Position numbers and translations under genes: made by a program | Notes under the pieces: model-generated | What the model saw: the letters and a program-made list of their open reading frames with translations, nothing else | Database searches by the model: none | Told to the model about the DNA's origin: nothing | Assembly (NCBI GenBank): GCA_963700985.1 | Contig: OY969554.1 | Span: 1,664,001-1,728,000 of the forward strand | Reading direction: 5' to 3' | Length of the DNA stretch: 64,000 bases | Source of the DNA: an uncultured Chlamydiales bacterium | GTDB taxonomy: Bacteria; Chlamydiota; Chlamydiia; Chlamydiales; Rhabdochlamydiaceae | Part shown: positions 29,494 to 38,095 of the stretch, one piece after another | Position numbering within the stretch: position 1 is the stretch's first letter | How the letters are laid out: every line of letters begins with the position of its first letter

Positions 29494-30222
29494 TTATTTC
29501 TCCTTAGTGCCAATAAGTATAACGTTTTCTCGGCCATCAAGTTTTATATATTCCGGAATACCTCTTCTATTAAAGAGACAGCACTCTTCAATATGAAAAC
29601 CCGCTTTCGCAAAGGTTCTTCGCAACACTACTTCATCTAGAGCATGAAAAAATGAAGGAAGTTCCTGAACAGTTGGATCGTCGGTCAAACTTTGTAAATT
29701 GTGAAATTCGCCAGGCCACCTAGCATTCTGACTTTTTCTCTCTTCATAGAGGGTAATTAGTTTTTTAAGATTATTTGTATAAACAGTGCCAGAAATCGTG
29801 AAAATTTTTCCTCCCGGAGCAAGCCAGGAAAAAAACAGCTCGGCGGCAAGTTCCAACTGATCGCCTGAAAGAAAATGGAGAACCTGTGATGCTAAAATAG
29901 CCGAAAGAGAGCCTTTGGCTATTTTAAGGTCTCGCAAAAAATGCCCTTCTCTTAGCTCTAAATTTTCACGAAATTCAGCAGGACAGGCAGCAGCAATTTT
30001 TTCCAAATGCCGCGCATCTATGTCATTTGCGATAACGCGTGCTCTATTGCAAAGAGCTGGAAGAGTGGCCACACCGAATGCAGCTCCAATGTCGAGAACA
30101 GGCTTTTTTGCCTCTGCTGCAAACTCAATAAATTGTTCCATGATTTCATTCGGGGCAAGAGCAGTACGGCCCTGTTGGTTACAGGTGATTGTCGATGAAT
30201 TTTTTCCTAATTCTTTTAACAT
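29494..30222 (-). CDS. Class I SAM-dependent methyltransferase
   Basis: VLDIGAAFG, VIANDID, SQVLHFL, LAPGG. Confidence 0.9.
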   Translation of the reverse strand: MLKELGKNSSTITCNQQGRTALAPNEIMEQFIEFAAEAKKPVLDIGAAFGVATLPALCNRARVIANDIDARHLEKIAAACPAEFRENLELREGHFLRDLKIAKGSLSAILASQVLHFLSGDQLELAAELFFSWLAPGGKIFTISGTVYTNNLKKLITLYEERKSQNARWPGEFHNLQSLTDDPTVQELPSFFHALDEVVLRRTFAKAGFHIEECCLFNRRGIPEYIKLDGRENVILIGTKEK

Positions 30223-31382
30223 GCACCCACCAGTTCAGAATAATTATGAGAGTGTTCGGCGAAAGCTACATACTTTGCGCGAAGTTCCAGAGCACATTGA
30301 TAACTCTCTTCAACGGTCATTCTATGACATTCATAGCCCAGCACTTCTTTCATTATCTGCATATTTTCAGGGCTAAAATGCACAGTTCCATCATCTTCAA
30401 TGTGTGAGACACCTTCAAGATATTGTGCCTTTTTATTAATCTGAACAGCCTCATCCAAAGTAAGATTAGCCGAAAGATCAACCCTTAGGCTTTTTCCATC
30501 CATCCACAGCGGATATCCTCCCGGAAGTCCTTGGGGTCCTGGGGCATGAAGAAGGGTGCTCTTATTATGTAAAGCTGCCATGACGACCTTGATTGCTGAG
30601 GTTGCCGTCATCGGTTGTCCCTCGAGACCTACCAGTCTTCTATACTGTACAGGAACAGCAGAGAAAACTGTTTTTTGATCAATGCTTTCCGTAATGTCTC
30701 TTCCTTCAAGTAGAGCAGTGTAATGAAATAGCTCAGGATCGGGATATCCGTGACGGGAGATATAGTGAGAGATGTAATGATGGGCCACAAGTCGAACCAC
30801 TACATCTTTCGGATGTTTTTGCAAGTAGGCAGCAGTAGAATATTGCAATGCCGGGATGACATTTGCGACATTGCCAATTCCCGTATTGGGTGTAAGTCCG
30901 ATTTTGCCCAGTACTGGATTGACAATGTCCGGAAAGGCCGCATTGATAAAAAAAGAATCTATGCCACTTTTTTTGATTCCCCTAGCGATGTTATATGCGA
31001 GGGGTAGATGCATGGGAAGCCATGGCCCCAAATATGCAGCATTGATCTTTTGATAAGCTATCTTAGGAAGCTCTGTGACGATTCGCCAAGATTGAATGCT
31101 TGCAGCATTGAAAATCACTTCTGGCTTGTGCTTAGTGATTAATTCAGCGATCTGATCCACTCGAGTCAGCTCGACGTTTTCAAAAGCCACATGAGGATAG
31201 AGTCCAAATTGAGAAGCAGTAAGCATCGCCATGTTACTTTTGCGCAGCAACAAATCAGAATTTCGGCCCACCACTACAAATTTGACGGTCTGATTCTCTG
31301 GCATTTTGGTCATTATATCGAGAACATGTGTTCCGATATTTCCCAATCCAAAAATCATTAAAACTGGCATACGACCTCTCAA
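30216..31382 (-). CDS. NAD(P)-binding Rossmann-fold oxidoreductase of unknown specificity
   Basis: N-terminal GLGNIG; INAAFPDIVNP, GIGNVAN, PGPQGLPGGYP. Alternative ATG start at 31370. Confidence 0.7.
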   Translation of the reverse strand: MRGRMPVLMIFGLGNIGTHVLDIMTKMPENQTVKFVVVGRNSDLLLRKSNMAMLTASQFGLYPHVAFENVELTRVDQIAELITKHKPEVIFNAASIQSWRIVTELPKIAYQKINAAYLGPWLPMHLPLAYNIARGIKKSGIDSFFINAAFPDIVNPVLGKIGLTPNTGIGNVANVIPALQYSTAAYLQKHPKDVVVRLVAHHYISHYISRHGYPDPELFHYTALLEGRDITESIDQKTVFSAVPVQYRRLVGLEGQPMTATSAIKVVMAALHNKSTLLHAPGPQGLPGGYPLWMDGKSLRVDLSANLTLDEAVQINKKAQYLEGVSHIEDDGTVHFSPENMQIMKEVLGYECHRMTVEESYQCALELRAKYVAFAEHSHNYSELVGAC

Positions 31383-32734
31383 TCTACATAAAAGAAAGCA
31401 GGAAATATTTCGTTAGCGTCGGTCTCGACCCGAATCTGCCTGACTTCTCGGACAACTTGTTCTGGATCACCCGCCATTACAGCAATCCAGGCATAATCAC
31501 TATTTCCTATCGCGGATACATGAGCATGATCTTTAGCTACCATTGTGTGAGTGCATTGCATGCCTTCGGGAAGATAAACTTTCTTAAAATTACTTTCTTG
31601 GGGCAACCCATAACCGATACAAATACTTGGTTTTGGATCCGGTCTATAAGAAAAGAAAGGCAAGTGTTTTCCGCCAAAAATACCCACGTCGATGATATGT
31701 TGTGCAATTTCTACGGGAGTTTTCCCAAATGAGTAAGCGAGTTGTTCTATCATGGCAGCTCCCCCCATTCTTCCGAAATTGGCATCGATCAAATACGCCC
31801 CTGAATCATTGACTAAAAATTCGCAGTGGAAGTAACCATTTTTAAACGTCGATCTTTCGATCAAAGTATTGATCTCTTTGAACATGAGAGATGCGTTTTT
31901 TTGAATAAGAGGATCATTGTTACGCGGGAAATGACATGCCGTTTCTGTCATGGCAATGCGCGATCTTCCTGTAAATCCTAAAAAGGCTGGTTTCCCTTCA
32001 ATACAATACCCTTCTAAACTGTAGAGCTCTCCAGTAATGTACGCTTGTACTAGCCATTCAAAATCACCTAAATTGTTTAACCCAGCTCTTACTAATAGGG
32101 TGCAAATCTCCGTTTCACTCAATTTTTCTTGAAGCTTAATTGTACCCAGCGCGCCTGAGCCACGAGAAGGTTTGACAACTACAGCGCCATGCAAGTCTAT
32201 CATGTGATGGATCTCTTTGAGAGGTATCGCGTTCATTGAAAAGTAGAGGGTTTTGGGGCTGTATTCTGGAATGAGCTGCGAGACTAGTTTTTTATCCGTC
32301 AGCCTTAAAATGGCTTGATCAGGACCGGGTACATTGAATTTCTCCGCTAAGCGACGTGCGATTGGCAATCTCATATCTGTAAGAGATGTAATACCGGCCA
32401 CTTCTCCAAATTGTTCCCAGTGCTCTTCTAAAAATTTTTCCGCATTTTCATATGAACTTACATCTACATCATACCATTCGCACTGGCGGACATCATTTGC
32501 AACCTGCGGAGAGTAGCCTTTCATGTCTGCAAGTATTACGGGCTCATAACCTAAGCCATTCACGGCGCTTTTTATATATTTTGCAATAGCCCATGCTGTC
32601 GCTACTATAATGATCTTTTTCGGTTTCTGTTCCTCATGTGAACTAGTTGCGAGCGATTCTTCCTGAGCGGAGATTGATACAGAAGCATTAAGGGTCAATA
32701 AAAACAGAAAAGTTACAAGAAATTTATACTTCAT
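31379..32734 (-). CDS. ATP-grasp amino-acid ligase-like protein with N-terminal signal-peptide-like segment
   Basis: LTDK, VVKPSRGSGALG, QAYITGELYSLEG, GYFHCEF, LIDANFGRMGG. Confidence 0.85.
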   Translation of the reverse strand: MKYKFLVTFLFLLTLNASVSISAQEESLATSSHEEQKPKKIIIVATAWAIAKYIKSAVNGLGYEPVILADMKGYSPQVANDVRQCEWYDVDVSSYENAEKFLEEHWEQFGEVAGITSLTDMRLPIARRLAEKFNVPGPDQAILRLTDKKLVSQLIPEYSPKTLYFSMNAIPLKEIHHMIDLHGAVVVKPSRGSGALGTIKLQEKLSETEICTLLVRAGLNNLGDFEWLVQAYITGELYSLEGYCIEGKPAFLGFTGRSRIAMTETACHFPRNNDPLIQKNASLMFKEINTLIERSTFKNGYFHCEFLVNDSGAYLIDANFGRMGGAAMIEQLAYSFGKTPVEIAQHIIDVGIFGGKHLPFFSYRPDPKPSICIGYGLPQESNFKKVYLPEGMQCTHTMVAKDHAHVSAIGNSDYAWIAVMAGDPEQVVREVRQIRVETDANEIFPAFFYVD

Positions 32735-32997
32735 TTTTGCCTCACTAAATTTTACAGTGTTTTAAAAGAAAAGCATACATTTTAAAAAAAAATTATGGAA
32801 TTGTCAATTTTAAATTTTGCACGTGCTTTTAGATTTCAAGCCTTTATTCATTCCGATCCATAGCATTCATTTTCTACTGTCTTACGAAGACTTCGCTTTC
32901 AAAAAAACATTTAGTTTATATTCTTTTTCGCATCATTTTTTCTGTTAGCGATGAGAAAAATAACTGATCTAAAAACCACTCTTTAGAGAGGAAATAT

Positions 32998-33304
32998 ATG
33001 AGCGCAAGCTTCAGTATCAGCAAGTCATGCATCTCAGCAAGTGCAGCCAACAGTGCTTCAAACTTCGCAGGAGCCAGTTTATGTTCCGCAAGATCAAAAA
33101 TCTCAAGGCGCAGACTTGGGTGCAAGTTCTATCGCAGCTGCAAAACTTTCTGCGGTTTTCTCTGACCCTGTTGCATTAAGTCAGCTTGGCGCGTTGCTTG
33201 CACTAGGATTGGGCCCCAAAAGTCAGACTTTATCTCTTCCAGAGGGCAATTATGTTGGCGAAGTTGTCGATGGTAAGCAGCAAGCTTTCTGCGTCATACT
33301 CTGA
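32998..33304 (+). pseudogene. Remnant of a MORN-repeat effector-like gene
   Basis: RBS plus ATG at 32998 is out of frame with the Ser/Ala/Gln-rich frame that starts immediately after it. One MORN-like unit (GNYVGEVVDGK) precedes the stop. Confidence 0.6.
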
Positions 33305-33328
33305 AAACTCTGCGATGTCATCATAGCC

Positions 33329-33415
33329 GGCCCATATAAAGTGGACGAAATCGACAGTCGGAAGAAAGAAGTTTTGCGTAAAAAGCTCTTATCCCGCGTT
33401 TCTATCATCCATTTT
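33329..33415 (+). repeat. Degenerate dispersed repeat, right copy
   Basis: Direct-orientation similarity to 27685-27828. Confidence 0.55.
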
Positions 33416-33483
33416 TTGCGGGGGGTTCCTCTTGTTTGTAACGGAGAAGCTCATTATGCTTTTCGGGTAAATATGAGGTTTTT

Positions 33484-34941
33484 ATGTCAGCAATACAATT
33501 AACAGATCCGAGTGCAAGATGAGCCATCTTAGCGAATATTCATGCGTTGAGTGATGGGATCGCTGCCAAAAGCAGATTCGAAGAGCGTGTTCCGGAAGAT
33601 ATGATGCATTCTATTTTTGATGTTTTTCTCACTCTCAGAGAAAGCGCTCAAGCATTGCCATGTAGCCGTAACATGTATAAGGTGGTCTCTAAGACGCTAG
33701 GTCTTCAAAACATCCTTCCTCTGCTTTCACAAGGATTTACGAAGATCTCCATTGTAAATCCTCCTGCTCCTGACGGCACTCCTTTTTCAAAATATAGCCC
33801 GCCCTTGCGCTTTTCCTGTTTTAATTATGATCCAAGTTCTACGCACTTAATAACAGGGGACAATGGATCTGGGAAACGTACCAAGGTGAGGGTATGGGAT
33901 CGAGTTGGCAAGCTTGTATCTGAGTTACAAGGCGACTTTTTGCATAGCGTGAGATCAGTGCAGCTTGATATGCAAAGCAAACGTGCACTAGCTTCTGCTA
34001 GTAGTAATGATGATTCTTCTGTGAAGCTATGGGATCTTACGACAGGGAATCTGCTCTATGGGAAACGTCCCTTTTCGGTAAGTAACCCATCCGCTGTTTG
34101 TACTGGCTTAAATATGGGTAGTATTCTTTGTGGTGCGTCTAACGGTCGCATTCAATCGATCAACCCTGCTTTTCCCGGGGATCGTATAAAGTCCCCTTTT
34201 TTTGGTGAAGAAGACGGGAGCCGTGTAACATGGATTTGCGATGCTGCGCAAAGCGATAGGGTCTTTAGTTGTAATACAGAAAATGTGCTGAAAATTTGGG
34301 ATCGAAACACGAGAACTTGTCTTTCTACAAGGAAAGAGGTCGCAAGCGAATCAGAGAAACTTTTCTACGCTGCTTCAGAAAATCGACTCTTTGTAGGGGC
34401 TAGCAAAAGATATGTGCACGAATTCAATGCTTCCACTGGAGTGCTTTGCAAGGTTTATGAGGTGTCTGATGAGACAGCCACGCTTTTCACTTGGCACTAT
34501 GATTCTGTAAAAAAATGGATCTTTGCTGGTTTTTATTGCAAAGTTGCAGAGGCAACAAAAACCAAGATTGTAGTTTGGGAGCAAAAAACAAGTAAGGTTC
34601 TTTACACATTTATAATTTCAGTTGCTAAGGGAAATCGCTATCCTCTTAAGCAGATCGACTTTGATCCAATTTCAAATACGCTACTTACCGCTGGCCGTGG
34701 AGTGCAACTATGGAGGCTATCCAATGCAACTGGCAAATTATTAGCAGTAATCTCTAAAGACGGTGACGCGCGGGTCAAGTGGGACCGCAACAATGCTTTG
34801 CTTGCTATATTCAAAAAATATCGAGATGAATCTGATCCAGAATCTGGAACATTAACGCTTTTGGACTACTCTAACCCCTCATTGCAGAAGCCAAAAGCCC
34901 GAGAAGAATCCAAGGAATTTAAAGAAGGAAAAGGAGAATAG
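33484..34941 (+). CDS. F-box-like/WD40-repeat protein; in-frame TGA at 33520-33522 (possible pseudogene, or TTG start at 33547)
   Basis: VPEDMMHSIFDVFL...CSRNMY F-box-like motif; WD40 ends (VRVWD, SVKLWD, LKIWD, IVVWE, VQLW). Upstream in-frame ATG has a GAGG RBS. Confidence 0.75.
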
Positions 34942-35075
34942 TTCCTTTAATAGGCATTGGTTAGGTTTTTCAAATATTCTCTTGGCATTTAGTGTTTAAA
35001 TATTTTTTTAGAGCTCCCGTTCTATTGTTTAAATCTTTATAATTTTAACAATTTTATAATGAAGGAGCTTTAACT

Positions 35076-35489
35076 ATGTGTGTAGCAATAAGTGAAAGAG
35101 AATTCGCAAATTCTAATTATAGCATGGCTTCATTTTCAGGGTATCTGGCTAATCGCGTTGTGGGCTTTGCCAATGGGCCTGACGATCGCGAGATGTCTTG
35201 TATGGAAATGCTCGGCCGTCGAGTCGCAGCAGAGCTTTGCTATGCGCTTCTATGCGTTACGGCATTGATTGAAACGGTTGTGCGCCTGGCGATGACTTTG
35301 ATTGCGGTTTTACTTGTTTCCCTTTTTGTCGATGATGGTGCAAAATCTTTGAAAATATTTGCACTTACCAGTTTGCAATACGGAATCGACGCGGCTTTAC
35401 GTTGTTTTATGGCCCTTGGGCACAATCTCAAGTGCAATAAAGTAGACTACAAAGATCTTGGCCTCTGTCAAATGTCATTATGGGTCTAA
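35076..35489 (+). CDS. Small membrane protein, Inc-like paralog 1
   Basis: AAGGAG RBS; long bilobed hydrophobic segment; similar to the next two ORFs. Confidence 0.75.
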   Translation: MCVAISEREFANSNYSMASFSGYLANRVVGFANGPDDREMSCMEMLGRRVAAELCYALLCVTALIETVVRLAMTLIAVLLVSLFVDDGAKSLKIFALTSLQYGIDAALRCFMALGHNLKCNKVDYKDLGLCQMSLWV

Positions 35490-35490
35490 C

Positions 35491-35892
35491 ATGTGCGTTA
35501 ATATAAGCAATCAGAGCGTGGCTAATTATGATGTGATAGATCTATCTGCCACCGCCTATCTCATCAACTTAATTACAGAATTTCGTAACGATCAAGACTC
35601 ATCAGAGGTTATAAAGGTTGGCAAAAAAGTGATCGGAGCACTCTGCTTTGCAGGCTTGCTGATCGCTGCCGCTCTCGAGCATCTCATGCGTATGGTATTT
35701 GCCGCTCTGGCCGCTTTACCTGCGGCTTTATGCTTTTCTGATGGCGCAAGCTGGGCGGGCAGAATGGCCGGGATGTCTTGGGTCTTTCTAGGCGACCATG
35801 TGGCGCGCTGTGTAGTAGCGCAGGTGAAGAATATTGCAGAGAGTAAATTTTCTTTTGAAGATCTTGCTCCTTGTCCGATTTTTGCCCTTTAA
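35491..35892 (+). CDS. Small membrane protein, Inc-like paralog 2
   Basis: Start MCVNIS at 35491, 1 nt after the previous stop; shared hydrophobic and D..RC..N motifs. Confidence 0.75.
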   Translation: MCVNISNQSVANYDVIDLSATAYLINLITEFRNDQDSSEVIKVGKKVIGALCFAGLLIAAALEHLMRMVFAALAALPAALCFSDGASWAGRMAGMSWVFLGDHVARCVVAQVKNIAESKFSFEDLAPCPIFAL

Positions 35893-35927
35893 AGAAGCGT
35901 AAGTTTAACAAAAAGAGAGGAGGTTTT

Positions 35928-36566
35928 ATGTGTTATGGTCTAACAAACAATAATATGCGTTCTTACGAGCAGTCCGATAACTGCTTAGCACCAGTAGCTG
36001 GTTTTGCTCTTTATGAAGTAAATTATTTTGTTCTCAATTTGAATTATTGTGAGTGGACGGCGCAGTATGCTGCTGGAAAGATCCTAGGCTCTCTAGGTTA
36101 TATGGCTGTTATGGTAGCTGCTGTAGTTGAAGCGGTGGTTCTTTTGGCTTTAAGCGTAATTGCACTTTTACCTTCTGTGCTGTTTAAAAATGGCCTTGGC
36201 CACGTTGCGATAGTTGCTTACACGGCGATGATATCGCTTATAGACACACCTGTACGTTGTGTTTCTGGGTTTGTTCAAAACGTATTGTTAAATCAAGAAA
36301 AAAGCTTCGAAAGGCTCAATCTTTTAACGTGCTTGGGTTCTTTTTCCTCTTCTTGTGCACGCTCTGAAGCTGTACCTGTGCCTGATGCTGAAGATGACGT
36401 GGCGGATGAAGAACTTTTTGCGCAAGTTCAAGAGATTGTGGCGAAGGGATCCAAGTTGGCCAATGAGGACAAAGAGAAAAAAGGATTACTCCGCAAGTTA
36501 GCTGATAGGTTCAATCTTTTTCAAAAACAGAAATCAGAAAGAGATCTGTCCGGGAAAAAAACCTAA
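35928..36566 (+). CDS. Membrane protein, Inc-like paralog 3 with charged C-terminal tail
   Basis: GGAGG RBS, start MCYGLT at 35928; same motifs as paralogs 1 and 2. Confidence 0.75.
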   Translation: MCYGLTNNNMRSYEQSDNCLAPVAGFALYEVNYFVLNLNYCEWTAQYAAGKILGSLGYMAVMVAAVVEAVVLLALSVIALLPSVLFKNGLGHVAIVAYTAMISLIDTPVRCVSGFVQNVLLNQEKSFERLNLLTCLGSFSSSCARSEAVPVPDAEDDVADEELFAQVQEIVAKGSKLANEDKEKKGLLRKLADRFNLFQKQKSERDLSGKKT

Positions 36567-36573
36567 AAACCTC

Positions 36574-38010
36574 TTAGCAATTGATCTTTTCGGGCGCCCT
36601 TTTGGCGCCCTTTTTTTTATCTACTTCTGCTGCATGCAAACGCACTTCAATCGCCATACCTGTAACAGGCCTTTCTTTAAGCAGGTTGAGTGCCGCTTCG
36701 GCTACTTGAGAGGGAGTGAGAAGCTTATTTAGATCCTCTTCGGGGAAATAAGCGCTGCGCATGCGCGAATGCGTGCGTTGTGGAATAAGCGTGTTTACAT
36801 TTAGCTCAGGTCTCTCTTCGGCCAGGGCTTGTGTGAAATTCACCACGGCCGCTTTGGCCGCGGAGTAGATTGCATACGTTTTTCTGCCGCGTGAATAGGC
36901 AGAGGAGGCGATGTTTATCATGTCGCCCCCTTCTTTGATCTCTGCAAATTTGCATGCAAAAATCACGCTGGTGAGATTAGCGGCAATCAGTTCTTCGATC
37001 TCTTGAGTCGTAAGCTCTTCCACGGCTTTTAACTTAAATAATCCGACGCAATTGATTAGTCCATCAATCGGACCATGTTCTTGCGCGAGCTTCGCAAAAA
37101 TCTTTTGTGTTTGTTCAGGCGAGGTGAGATCCGCGGCATACTCTGGGGCACTGCGCGAAAGCAATAGTGGCGTTGCCCCTTCCAGACGCAGAAGTTTTGC
37201 AATGGCCTGTCCAATATCGCCGGTGCCTCCAGTAATCGCATAGCATTTACCCTGAATAGAGCGGCTTTCGGCGTGAAGGTTGGGTTTTGGGCGCGTACGC
37301 CGAAAAAGCTGTTCGGCCAGATAGAGGTCGAGATCTGTAGTGATCTTAATGTTCGACTCTTCTCCTTTGGCAACATGAATGGGGTGGCCTAAAGCCAAGA
37401 CAAGCGCGCAATCATCGGTTGCAGTGAGGTTTTTGGTGCGTGCCTCTTCGTGCGCCTTCAGAATAAGGGGATAGGAGAAGCTTTGAGGAGTCTGGCCTCG
37501 CAGATACTCGTGCCGTGGTGGAATCGTATCAATGGTTTCAGAATTGCCTGAATGTACAATCGTATCTGCCGAGGGGATGCACGTATCTGCTGCGCCATGC
37601 AGCTTTGCGATTCGTATGTTTTCCTGTAAAATTTCTTCCGAGACAAAAGGCCGAACGGCATCGTGGATGACCACGTGGCTGGTCTCTTTGGGGCAGGCTA
37701 AAAGTCCAAGATAAGAGGAGTCTTGGCGTGTCTCTCCACCGGCAACGATACGGATTTTATCTCGGCTCAATTCTGGCAGAAGAGTTTTAAGCTCCTTTTC
37801 TACTTCTTCGCTCCATTCCATCGGACAGACTAAAATAATCTGTGCAAATAGCTCGCAAGCGAGAAAACTCTCAAGCGTGTGTATATAGATTTTTTTGCCC
37901 GCTAGCGTATGGAACTGCTTGGGCAGAGAGCTCTTAAACCGGGCGCCTCTTCCCCCCATGAGGAGGATGGCATTGATCAAAACTTGTGTGTGCATTAGAG
38001 TTTTCAGCAT
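36574..38010 (-). CDS. IspD/TarI cytidylyltransferase fused to SDR reductase (Bcs1-like CDP-ribitol synthase)
   Basis: GGRGARF..PKQF, GGETRQDS, HDAVRPF, GQTPQ, NIKITT; then TGGTGDIG, SSAYSRGR..YAIYSAAKAAVVNFTQALAEE. Start at 38010 or 37995. Confidence 0.82.
   Translation of the reverse strand: MLKTLMHTQVLINAILLMGGRGARFKSSLPKQFHTLAGKKIYIHTLESFLACELFAQIILVCPMEWSEEVEKELKTLLPELSRDKIRIVAGGETRQDSSYLGLLACPKETSHVVIHDAVRPFVSEEILQENIRIAKLHGAADTCIPSADTIVHSGNSETIDTIPPRHEYLRGQTPQSFSYPLILKAHEEARTKNLTATDDCALVLALGHPIHVAKGEESNIKITTDLDLYLAEQLFRRTRPKPNLHAESRSIQGKCYAITGGTGDIGQAIAKLLRLEGATPLLLSRSAPEYAADLTSPEQTQKIFAKLAQEHGPIDGLINCVGLFKLKAVEELTTQEIEELIAANLTSVIFACKFAEIKEGGDMINIASSAYSRGRKTYAIYSAAKAAVVNFTQALAEERPELNVNTLIPQRTHSRMRSAYFPEEDLNKLLTPSQVAEAALNLLKERPVTGMAIEVRLHAAEVDKKKGAKRAPEKINC
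36592..36618 (+). terminator. Intrinsic terminator of the Inc-like cluster
   Basis: GGGCGCC-CTTTT-GGCGCCC followed by T8; overlaps the last codons of the convergent gene. Confidence 0.75.
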
Positions 38011-38019
38011 ATCAGATAA

Positions 38020-38092
38020 GCCTAAGTAGCTCAACTGGCAGAGCAGCGCATTCGTAATGCGAAGGTTGTCGGTTCAATTCCGGTCTTAGGCA
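38020..38092 (+). tRNA. tRNA-Thr(CGT)
   Basis: Acceptor GCCTAAG/CTTAGGC, anticodon loop TTCGTAA, T-loop TTCAATT. Confidence 0.93.
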
Positions 38093-38095
38093 GTT

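Noticed and set aside
33520-33522. Selenocysteine or alternative-code reading of the in-frame TGA
   Set aside because: No evident SECIS hairpin, not a redox context, and TGA terminates many other genes here.
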